The notes under the pieces: model-generated
What the model was told of the DNA's origin: nothing
Databases searched by the model: none
The model's input: the letters and a program-made list of their open reading frames with translations, nothing else
DNA from: an uncultured Bacteroidota bacterium
Lineage (GTDB): Bacteria; Bacteroidota; Ignavibacteria; UBA10030; UBA6906
Assembly: GCA_963700635.1 (NCBI GenBank)
Contig: CAVOYH010000004.1
Coordinates: 864,001-928,000 of the forward strand
Direction: 5' to 3'
DNA: 64,000 nucleotides
Shown here: piece after piece, positions 21,106 through 29,796 of the stretch
Position numbering within the stretch: the first letter of the stretch is position 1
Layout: each line of letters begins with the position of its first letter
Made by a program: the position numbers and the translations under genes

Positions 21106-21296
21106 TCTCCCTCGAGAGTTTCGATAAGTGGGATCCTGAAGCCAAGGACCGTTCGGGCACCCGGGGCTCCGAGGGGACTACGCACAAAAGCCATGCCACC
21201 CCAAATCGGGATGATTGACAGAATTCCTGTTTATGATCCCAGCCGATCTTTTGCACAGTTGAGAATCTCCGCCTCCGGATTCCGAAAATTGAGAGA

Positions 21297-23906
21297 TCAG
21301 TCGATGTGGAGCTCGACCTCCCCGCGAATGTCTTCAGAGGAAGATCCGACAAGAATCCCGTAGGCACCCTTTGCGACCCGCCACGTATTCCCGTCTTGAT
21401 CAAACACGGAGAAATCTGAGGGGCGCAGCTGGAAACGGACGGTCTCTTGCTCCCCTTCCTGCAAAGTTATCCGGCGGAAACCTCGGAGATCCTTCAACGG
21501 ACTTCCGACGCCGCTTTGCTTCGCCCTGACGTACAGCTGGACCACCTCGGATCCGCTCCGCAGCCCCGTGTTGGTAATGTCAACGGATATCCAGATGCTA
21601 TCATCGAAGGATGAGGGGATGCTGTTCTGACTCAACCTGACGCCGGAATAAAGAAAGTGCGTGTAGCTGAGTCCATGACCGAATGGGAAAAGGGGTTTGC
21701 CTTCGAAGAACCGATATGTCCTCCCCTTCATCGCATAGTCGGCGAAGCGAGGAAGATCGCCGGTCTTCGCATAAAAGGTTAGGGGAAGCCTGCCTGAAGG
21801 ATTCACATCCCCGAAGAGTATCTCGGCGAGAGCCGTTCCCCCGGCCTGACCGGGATACCAGGCCTCAACCGCAGCAGGAATCAACGCAAGCTCCGGCAGA
21901 GCAAGTGCGCTTCCGTTAAGAAGAACAAGCACGACGGGCTTCCCGAGCGCCACAATGGCACGCAGAAGCCGCCGTTGAGAATCAGGAAGTGTAATGTCTG
22001 TCCGATCACCTCCCAGAAACCCGGGCACCGTCACATTCATCTCCTCTCCTTCTGTGCGCGGAGTGAGTCCGAGGGTCAGGAGAACCAGGTCGGATTCGTT
22101 CGCGGCTGCAATCGCCTTCGCTTCCATTGCAGGATCAGGAATCTCCCAGAGGAGTTGGACAAGCGAGCCGCTCTGCCGGCAGATCCCCTCCAATCGGAGC
22201 GGGTACTGTTTTCCTGCCTCGAGATCGACCGATCCGCAGGATGGCACCTCGCCGGCCCCGGGTGAGAACGTTACAACCGAATCCCCGATCCGCAGGGAGT
22301 ACGAGCGGAAACCGAATGTCCCGAGGTTGTACGTTCCGGACAGTGGAGGTGTTAGCATTCCGCTCCAGCGAACTGCAAAGTCGGCTGAGTCGCCACAATC
22401 CAGAGGAAGTTGCGTACACCACGAAAAGTTGACGGAAGCATCGATGCGGGTTACCGCAGGCTCTCCAGCGGTGTTTCTACCCCTGAAAAAATCCGCACGG
22501 AGTCCCGGTGTGACTGTGTGAAGATCCGTATGCGATAGGTACTCGGGATCGATCACCTGCAGCAACGGCATCCCGTCGGCAAACCTGGCGCCGTGGGCAT
22601 AGGTAATTTTCGTCTCCTTGCCGGCGCGTTTTCTCAACCCTTCAAGGGGCGTCACTGCGCCATCCGGAACGCCGAAATAGTTCCCGAGCAACGAGAGGAC
22701 ATCGTCGGCATTTGGTCCCACCACGGCGATCTGTTTTGGAGGACCCGTGATCGGAAGAATGTTTCCTTCGTTCTTAAGAAGAACGATGGACTTTCTCGCG
22801 GCGTCCAGTGCGAGGTTCCGATGTGGGGCAGATCCGACCGCCGTCATGGGGATAGATGTATACGGCACCATCGCCGGAGGATCGAACATCCCGAGCTTGA
22901 AACGCGCGCGCAGAAGCCGGCCGATTGCGCGGTCGAGTTCAGCCTCGGTGAGGAGTCCACGGTGGACTGCCTCGAGGGGAGCTGCGTCCTGAAAGCTGCA
23001 ATTAAGATCTGTGCCTGCCCGGATGGCGAGGGCTGATGCCTCTGCGGCGTCGTTTCGTACCCGGTGTCCCTTGACAATGTCTCCTATGGCACCGCAATCG
23101 GATGTCACGTACCCTTCAAATCCCCACTCCTTCCGGAGGATCTTATCCAGGAGCGTACTGCTTCCGCAACATGGATCTCCCGCGTACCGGTTATAGGCGC
23201 ACATGACCGATTGCACGTTGGCTTCTTCCACGCACATCCGGAAGTGTGGAAGATAGGATTCTCGAAGGTCACGGACCGACGGCGTGACGTCAAAACTGTG
23301 TCGCTCCGGCTCCGGCCCGCTGTGCACCGCGAAGTGCTTCATTGTCCCCACAACTTTCAGGTAACGGGGGTGATCTCCCTGGAGCCCGCGAATAAATGCC
23401 GCGCCCATTTTGCCCGAGAGGTACGGATCTTCTCCAAAGGTCTCCATCCCCCTCCCCCATCGCGGGTCCCTGAAGAGATTGATGTTCGGTGACCAGAAGG
23501 TGAGTCCCTGATAACGCCCGTGCTGGCCTTTCCTGACAAAGTCATGGTGTTTCGCCCGGGCCTCATCCCCGATGGCTGCACCAATTGCCTCGAGAAGTTC
23601 CACATCCCATGTCGCCGCCAATCCGATGGCCTGCGGGAATACCGTTGCATAGCCTGCGCGAGCGACGCCGTGCAGCCCCTCGCTCCACCAATCGTACGCC
23701 GGGATGCCGAGCCGTTCTATAGCCGGAGCGGCATTAACCCACTGCCCCGCTTTTTCCTCGAGCGTCATGCGGGAAAGAAGGTCTCGCACGCGGTCATCAA
23801 GTGAGACCGAGGGATCTTTGTATGGCGGTATCGATCCCTGTCCGAATACCGGCTGGCTGGTGAAAAGAACCAGCAGGAGCAAGCACAAGCCCGTTTGTGT
23901 TTCCAT
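21297..23906 (-). CDS. GH3 beta-glucosidase/xylosidase with PA14 and Fn3-like domains
   Basis: WWSEGLHG, RDPRWGRGMETFGED, KHF, VTSDC nucleophile motif, PA14 insert (FAVRWSG), WYPGQ, PFGHGLSY. Confidence 0.93.
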   Translation of the reverse strand: METQTGLCLLLLVLFTSQPVFGQGSIPPYKDPSVSLDDRVRDLLSRMTLEEKAGQWVNAAPAIERLGIPAYDWWSEGLHGVARAGYATVFPQAIGLAATWDVELLEAIGAAIGDEARAKHHDFVRKGQHGRYQGLTFWSPNINLFRDPRWGRGMETFGEDPYLSGKMGAAFIRGLQGDHPRYLKVVGTMKHFAVHSGPEPERHSFDVTPSVRDLRESYLPHFRMCVEEANVQSVMCAYNRYAGDPCCGSSTLLDKILRKEWGFEGYVTSDCGAIGDIVKGHRVRNDAAEASALAIRAGTDLNCSFQDAAPLEAVHRGLLTEAELDRAIGRLLRARFKLGMFDPPAMVPYTSIPMTAVGSAPHRNLALDAARKSIVLLKNEGNILPITGPPKQIAVVGPNADDVLSLLGNYFGVPDGAVTPLEGLRKRAGKETKITYAHGARFADGMPLLQVIDPEYLSHTDLHTVTPGLRADFFRGRNTAGEPAVTRIDASVNFSWCTQLPLDCGDSADFAVRWSGMLTPPLSGTYNLGTFGFRSYSLRIGDSVVTFSPGAGEVPSCGSVDLEAGKQYPLRLEGICRQSGSLVQLLWEIPDPAMEAKAIAAANESDLVLLTLGLTPRTEGEEMNVTVPGFLGGDRTDITLPDSQRRLLRAIVALGKPVVLVLLNGSALALPELALIPAAVEAWYPGQAGGTALAEILFGDVNPSGRLPLTFYAKTGDLPRFADYAMKGRTYRFFEGKPLFPFGHGLSYTHFLYSGVRLSQNSIPSSFDDSIWISVDITNTGLRSGSEVVQLYVRAKQSGVGSPLKDLRGFRRITLQEGEQETVRFQLRPSDFSVFDQDGNTWRVAKGAYGILVGSSSEDIRGEVELHID

Positions 23907-23933
23907 GAGAGCTCCCTTCAAGCTACTGGAATC

Positions 23934-26390
23934 TTACCGTACGGTCCACTCATACAACCCCGCAGAAAAACCGTCGGAGAGCGTGATCGAGAGCCGCAGG
24001 TCAGATGTTTCAACGGCATCAAAGGTCACCCGGTTGACGGCGTCTATCCGGGGGATTTTGTCAGAGGGATTGCGGACCGCCTGCCATGTGTCTCCGTCAA
24101 AATAGAGAATCTCCAAGGTCCGCGGGACGCGGCATTCGCCCACGCCGGTGTCGTCAAACCAGTAGGCAGTGACTTCCGAGACTCGCGTGCGTTGTGGGAA
24201 ATGGTACTGGATCCACTCCGTGGTACCCTTTTTGGGCCACCAATGGAAATGAGGGACGGAGGGATCGTATGAACTCGATGGAAGCAGTTGGTCTTTCAAA
24301 GCTTCAGGTCCTCTCCCCCCGGAGGTTGTCAGGACGCTCTGGAACGACAGTGTCGGGGCCGGGGTGGGTTTTGCTGCTCTGACCTTTGCAGCAGGCCAGA
24401 CCGTCATCTGATGTTTTCCGCGGTGTGACCACGCGTAATACGGTATGGCCATAATCATTTTTATCTTTCCGACTTCCGTCCCACCGTCCAGCGTTTTGTG
24501 TGTAGCAAGACCGTAGCCGGAAATTGTCTGGACGCCTCCAAGGAGTTCTGGCCGGAATTCCGTTGTCAACGTCGAAGTGTCCGGTATCACCGTGTCCAGG
24601 ATCCACTCTTCTGATTGATCAGGGCCTTCGAGGCAAAACACAATGGGACCCCGCTCCAGCGCAACCTTGTCTCTGTCATCGGCGATCTTCTTATGCCCGA
24701 CGACACGGTGGACGGACATCGGTAGGTCCAGGTCTATCCGGTCATTGTTCTTCCACGTGCGGGAGACAAGTGCGTAACCCTGCTCCATAGTAACCTTCAC
24801 GGGAGCTCCGTTTACGCTCAGCGTCACCCGGGCGGGGGCCGCATTCTGATAGGTGTAGAGGTCCCCAGGAACAGGTTTTCCAAGCGCCCAGCCCGGGATC
24901 CGGAGACGCACTGCAAAGGAATCAGGAGCGGTGAGACCCATGGTGAGAGACACCCCGCCATCCCAAGGATACTTTGTTCTCTGGTTGAGCTGAAGCGTGC
25001 CTGCGCCCCTCCTGATTGTCGCAGTCCCACCGATATACAGATTTACATAGACATCATTCTTGCTTACGGCATACGCGTATCCCGGAAGCGACGCGACAAA
25101 TCGTACATCGTTTGAAGGGCAACACGCGCATGTAAACCAGGGCGACCGTTCGGCGCCGTTAAGAGATTCCAGCGGATTGGGATAGAAGAACCTGTCACCG
25201 GTCATGGAAACACCCGAGAGGAATCCATTGTAGATTACCCGTTCAACGATGTCCATATACTTCGCATTCCCGTGGTGCAGGAACATCCTGTGGTTCCAGT
25301 AGACAAGTGCAATGCCGGCGCATGTCTCGCAGTAGGCGCTGAGATTGGGCAGCTCGTACTGCGGCCCGAACCCTTCGATGGTCCCGACGGCGCCAATACC
25401 CCCCGTGATGTACAGTTTGTGTGAAACAACATCTTCCCATATCCTGTCCAGTACGGGTATGTAGCCGCTGCCTTTCTTAAAGGCGGCCACATCGGCCATT
25501 CCGGCGTACAGGTAACCCGCTCTTACCGCATGCCCGACCGCTTCCGTCTGTTCGAGGACAGGGATATGGTCCTGGTTGTACGTTTCACCCGGTGGGGTAC
25601 TTCTGCCCCGTTCGTGAATGAAAAAGTCGGCAAGTTCCAGGTACTGTGAATTGCCGGTAACCTGATAGAGCTTTATCAGGCCAATTTCTGTCACCTGGTG
25701 CCCCGGGACGGTGCGCATCTTGTCCGGACCGAAAGTCGCAACGAGAAGATCGGCGCTTTTGAGAGCCACGTTCAGCAGCGTGCGTTTACCTGTTGCGTAG
25801 AAATGTGCCACTGCCGCCTCGTACAGATGACCCACATTGTAGAGCTCATGACTACTCTTCATCCGGTCATTCACCCATCGTTCCTTTGCCCATGAAGCCT
25901 CCGGCTTCATGGTTCGCATGGTGTACAGATAGCCGTCCTGCTCCTGCGCCCGTGCCACTTTCGCGATCAGCGTGTCCATACGGGCATCGAGGGCCGCATC
26001 GTAGCGCGTGTGGAGTGCGTACGCTACACCTTCCATAACCTTGAAGACATCGGAATCATCAAAGCCGTACCGGCTGCAGAATTTCCCGTCCGGGAGAATC
26101 CCCCGCAGAACGCTGTCCGCAATCTCGAAGTTTCGGATTCGCCCGGTGAGTTCACATTGAGCCAGAGCATGCGGAATGGAAACAACCCGGTTGGTCTCCA
26201 GTCGTTTCGACCAGAATGCATCATCCACCCGCACGTCCGTGAACAACACCGGTTGCAGTGGATATCCCGGCTGTTGCGCGAAGAGAGGCAGTGTCGCGAA
26301 AAAGAGAAGCGCCAGAGAATGCAGGAACAGTGAGCAAGTTCGGACGGAGTTTTTGATCCGGGATTTGTTGTGGGGGGAGGTGGGGTTCAT
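23934..26390 (-). CDS. GH127 (DUF1680) beta-L-arabinofuranosidase-family glycosidase
   Basis: DDSDVFK, HELYN, PGHQ, GHAVRA, YCETCA, CACCPSN; C-terminal discoidin-like domain. Confidence 0.92.
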   Translation of the reverse strand: MNPTSPHNKSRIKNSVRTCSLFLHSLALLFFATLPLFAQQPGYPLQPVLFTDVRVDDAFWSKRLETNRVVSIPHALAQCELTGRIRNFEIADSVLRGILPDGKFCSRYGFDDSDVFKVMEGVAYALHTRYDAALDARMDTLIAKVARAQEQDGYLYTMRTMKPEASWAKERWVNDRMKSSHELYNVGHLYEAAVAHFYATGKRTLLNVALKSADLLVATFGPDKMRTVPGHQVTEIGLIKLYQVTGNSQYLELADFFIHERGRSTPPGETYNQDHIPVLEQTEAVGHAVRAGYLYAGMADVAAFKKGSGYIPVLDRIWEDVVSHKLYITGGIGAVGTIEGFGPQYELPNLSAYCETCAGIALVYWNHRMFLHHGNAKYMDIVERVIYNGFLSGVSMTGDRFFYPNPLESLNGAERSPWFTCACCPSNDVRFVASLPGYAYAVSKNDVYVNLYIGGTATIRRGAGTLQLNQRTKYPWDGGVSLTMGLTAPDSFAVRLRIPGWALGKPVPGDLYTYQNAAPARVTLSVNGAPVKVTMEQGYALVSRTWKNNDRIDLDLPMSVHRVVGHKKIADDRDKVALERGPIVFCLEGPDQSEEWILDTVIPDTSTLTTEFRPELLGGVQTISGYGLATHKTLDGGTEVGKIKMIMAIPYYAWSHRGKHQMTVWPAAKVRAAKPTPAPTLSFQSVLTTSGGRGPEALKDQLLPSSSYDPSVPHFHWWPKKGTTEWIQYHFPQRTRVSEVTAYWFDDTGVGECRVPRTLEILYFDGDTWQAVRNPSDKIPRIDAVNRVTFDAVETSDLRLSITLSDGFSAGLYEWTVR

Positions 26391-26629
26391 CCTCTATAAC
26401 CTTTCCAGAGCGCCATCGCCGGGGAACATGAGCCGGGCTTTGGTGGGTGCCCGTTATCCCTACGGCCTGGTCGCGCTACTTCATGTGAAGAATCAACAAC
26501 GGAAATTGCCGGGTTCCCGGGTGCAGAGTACCGGGAAAGTGTTTAAAACGAAGGGCACACTCCAGCAGCGGGTGCACTCCTCCGGGATCCATAGATGAGT
26601 ATGCAGGGGCAAAGATACAAAGGGGAAGG

Positions 26630-26679
26630 TAAAAAAGACAGTCTCGTACATCACTTTCCCTGTCGCGTGATACGAGGCT
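26630..26679 (-). terminator. Putative terminator after the 612-aa gene
   Basis: Imperfect stem AGCCTCGTATCAC / GTGATGTACGAGACT followed by GTCTTTTTT. Confidence 0.5.
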
Positions 26680-26759
26680 TTGTGCTGTGGCTCTTGATGC
26701 AATGTCACGGCATAAACCTGACCGCGTGGGGGCCCTACTCTCTTCATGCGCCACCAGCT

Positions 26760-28598
26760 CTACGGCGTCACGGTCAACCCCAGCCACCACTGAAGCTGTT
26801 CCAGCTCGTGCCCGTTGAGGCCTTCGGTAAAGACCGGGACCACCAGAACCCGCGCCTGAAAAATAGGTGATGGAGAAAGCGTCAGGCCTGCCATAAACGT
26901 GGTCCTGATATCGCTTACCTGTTCGCGTGGCTGAGTGTACCGTTCTCCAAAGTTACTCCGTTCCTCCACCGTCCCGTTCTGATCCAGGTATTTGTAGTGA
27001 AACGCAGCCAGGGTGACATCATCAATTTCCCATCTCGTCATGTCCCGTGAAATACCGAGAAGAATCCCGGCGGCTTGTGATGCCTTGATGGTAACGAACA
27101 CCGGAATCCGGAAGCTCTGCCGTTTTGCGCTGAAGGTCCAGTACAGATGCTTCAGCTCGTCTGTTTGATGGCGCCATGCATAGGGATACCGGGGATGGTC
27201 ACTCGTGTAAGAGGAACTTCCGTGAACCTGGACATTTTCGACCGTCCGCGTTTCCCGTGAAGTAAACTCCAGCTGAGCGCCCAGCGACAGTGTGACCTTT
27301 GAGTCCAGATCCCATGTTACCGTTGCGAGAAAAAGATTTGTTGTGGATGACTCTTCCCCGCCACCGGCCCGGGTGTCGGAGAAACGGTAGTGTGAATTGC
27401 TGGTGACCGGATCGCCACTGTCTGTCCAGGTTCGCAGACTGTAGTTTGTGTCCATGATCGAAGCGGCGGTATGTAATTGCACCGAGGACCATTGCGGCCT
27501 GTAAAAGAGTGTCAGGGTTGTCCCGTTTGTAATGCGGGAGCGGAATTCAAGGCCAAATTGTGAGGTCCTCCCCTCGTGGCGCCAGTGCTGATATTTGTGC
27601 GTTGACCGGTCGTACAAACTCTTCCATGACGTGTAGGATGAGGAATAGTACGCAGTGTCAAGGTTTGTTTTTGATTGTGTTGTTGATCCCCAGAGGTGAC
27701 CGCCCGAGATGCCGAGTGTCGATTTCTCGCTCAGGCGCAGGAGGAAACCTCCAGCCAGCTCCCAGTGGCCGTATCCCTGATCTCTTTTTTCGTCGTTCGC
27801 CCAGAGGGATATCGAATTGTAGGAACCGGAGTATGAATTCCAGAGGTTGGATGATCCCAGGGCCCCGCTCCGATCAAAGATTACGCGGCTTACCTTGAGT
27901 CCCACATCGAGGCGATCCAGAAAGGTCTGCCTGGCGAACAACGAGATGAAGTGCCCGTTCTGGTGCATGTTGTCCTGGCCGCTGTATTTGTCCACGATGG
28001 GCATTTCGGACGCGTCAAGGGCGGTAGTCCGGCCGGCGTAATCGGCGCCCACGACCGAGCGGTAGATATCCTGCGGGACGTCGTAATATTTCTGGTCCTG
28101 CATCACCAGCTGATACGTTGCTCCCAGGAGGAGCGCAGGCGCAAAGCCTGAGAACGGGCGGCCGATATATGCGCCGGAAAACACCGGCTCAAGTTCCCTC
28201 CGGTTCTGCAGGTACACCTGCGGGTAAGGAATATACGCCGCATCATACGATGTTGTCCTATACCAGGGATATACGAAGTCAGGCTTGGTCGTCACGTTGC
28301 GCGCTGCCCGGAAGTCTGTGTAGAGCATCATGTCGCCGCGGGTGCTGTCAAGCCGGAGATGAGCGGGGTTCAGGACAAGGTCAAGCAATGGATCGCGCAG
28401 GACGCCGGGCGTTGTTCCGGCAAATTGTCCCAGTCCGTAGGGAATAACATTGCTCGGCACAAAGAAGAAGTCCGTCTGTTCAAACCCCTTCTGCAGTACG
28501 CGTTCCCCGTAATACTGGCTCTGCGCGGTCACAACTGCAATGCCGATCAGGAGTGTGAGTATCCCCGCCCGGATTCGATTACGTTCATGTCGGTTCAT
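26760..28598 (-). CDS. Hypothetical exported, probably outer-membrane beta-barrel protein
   Basis: 612-aa ORF with signal peptide (…AVVTA-Q); many Ser/Thr/Tyr-rich amphipathic strands; ends WWLGLTVTP. Confidence 0.7.
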   Translation of the reverse strand: MNRHERNRIRAGILTLLIGIAVVTAQSQYYGERVLQKGFEQTDFFFVPSNVIPYGLGQFAGTTPGVLRDPLLDLVLNPAHLRLDSTRGDMMLYTDFRAARNVTTKPDFVYPWYRTTSYDAAYIPYPQVYLQNRRELEPVFSGAYIGRPFSGFAPALLLGATYQLVMQDQKYYDVPQDIYRSVVGADYAGRTTALDASEMPIVDKYSGQDNMHQNGHFISLFARQTFLDRLDVGLKVSRVIFDRSGALGSSNLWNSYSGSYNSISLWANDEKRDQGYGHWELAGGFLLRLSEKSTLGISGGHLWGSTTQSKTNLDTAYYSSSYTSWKSLYDRSTHKYQHWRHEGRTSQFGLEFRSRITNGTTLTLFYRPQWSSVQLHTAASIMDTNYSLRTWTDSGDPVTSNSHYRFSDTRAGGGEESSTTNLFLATVTWDLDSKVTLSLGAQLEFTSRETRTVENVQVHGSSSYTSDHPRYPYAWRHQTDELKHLYWTFSAKRQSFRIPVFVTIKASQAAGILLGISRDMTRWEIDDVTLAAFHYKYLDQNGTVEERSNFGERYTQPREQVSDIRTTFMAGLTLSPSPIFQARVLVVPVFTEGLNGHELEQLQWWLGLTVTP

Positions 28599-28643
28599 CG
28601 ATGGCCTTTGTCTTCGGTGATTCTTAGCGTACCTGTCTTCATT

Positions 28644-29000
28644 CTAGCGAGTCCTATGATCTTTCCACACGAGAACTTCTGCGCTACGTTCTTTGAAGAA
28701 ATCGGGGCACCGCCCGTCTCCGTTTCCGGCGATCCCGCCATCGGGATGAGCGATAATGATCCCCGTATCGTCATACAACTCACTGTACTGATCACAACAC
28801 TGTGGTGGAACAAAATACACCGTATTGCCCTTGTACTGGTATTGCCAGATGGACTGGGGTGGATCGCCGACGGGAGCGGCGGCAAACTCGTCGATCAGGT
28901 TGTAGACCCAATCCGGATGTGCCGGTTGTGTGGCTACCAGATCTTCACATCCGGGACCGGTGATCATGCACGTCAGCACAAGCACAGCAAAGACTTTCAC
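28644..29000 (-). CDS. DUF6970-like small lipoprotein
   Basis: GTG start after GAGGAG; lipobox-like Cys; IWQYQYKGNTVYF, CCDQYSELYD, PDGGIAGNGDGRCPDF. Confidence 0.75.
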   Translation of the reverse strand: MKVFAVLVLTCMITGPGCEDLVATQPAHPDWVYNLIDEFAAAPVGDPPQSIWQYQYKGNTVYFVPPQCCDQYSELYDDTGIIIAHPDGGIAGNGDGRCPDFFKERSAEVLVWKDHRTR

Positions 29001-29248
29001 GGTATCCTCTCCTCTTCGTGTATGGGTGTAACGACCTTTTTTCATTTGTCTTACCGAATCAGGTGCATCATGCCCGTCGCCGAAATAGACACGGCCGCCT
29101 GACGGTACCGGTCCACCCGGTCGTGACACAGGCCAGCATGACGAACGGTATGGCACGTAACCCTCTCATGATGTCCTCCGAACTACTCCCGTCTATGATG
29201 ATTGATTCCCGTACATCCGGGTGCGACACCGGAAAACAGTTTCTGCTC

Positions 29249-29794
29249 TTACGGGGGAAGAGCCACCACCAGCGACGACGAGTACTTGTATGCCACCACA
29301 TACTCAAAAGTTCCGGGTTCAGTGCCGCACCCGGAGCAACCGGTTTTCGTGCCAGAGCTGCCCGTTCCTGTAACCGCTCGTGCCGATGCTGAATCAGGCC
29401 GGAACGGATCACTCATGATCATGGGGCGCCCGGTGACAATCTGGCCGAGGCGGAGGGAGTCTGCCCTGAGGTCCAGACTGCTTGACACCATGAACCTCCC
29501 ATCCATATCCGTAACCCCGATTGGCCTGTTACCGGTACCGGTAAAACCACGGACAACCCGGAATGTGCTGTCGTAGGAAGTACGGGCAAGCAAAAAGACC
29601 GTGACATCTGCCGCCGGAGTCCCGTCTGACCACGTGATCATACCGTCCACAGTGTACATGTGATACGGAGGCGCAATCGGAGAGGTTCCGAGAACAAATG
29701 GAAGGAGGAAAATAGCGACCACGCCGATCACCGGATATGTGCCGGATCCAAAACGCTTCATGCGTTGGGGCTTTGGTGTTGCATTCATGACCAT
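29249..29794 (-). CDS. Hypothetical exported protein (carboxypeptidase-regulatory-like fold)
   Basis: Hydrophobic N-terminal segment; VDG...DGTPAADVTV and TDMDGRF pattern; starts 2 nt after the TonB receptor stop. Confidence 0.6.
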   Translation of the reverse strand: MVMNATPKPQRMKRFGSGTYPVIGVVAIFLLPFVLGTSPIAPPYHMYTVDGMITWSDGTPAADVTVFLLARTSYDSTFRVVRGFTGTGNRPIGVTDMDGRFMVSSSLDLRADSLRLGQIVTGRPMIMSDPFRPDSASARAVTGTGSSGTKTGCSGCGTEPGTFEYVVAYKYSSSLVVALPP

Positions 29795-29796
29795 GC

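Noticed and set aside
26610-26617. Bacteroidia-type TAnnTTTG promoter element upstream of GH127
   Set aside because: Single short match with no clear -33 box; other promoters here follow the TTGACA/TAnnnT pattern.
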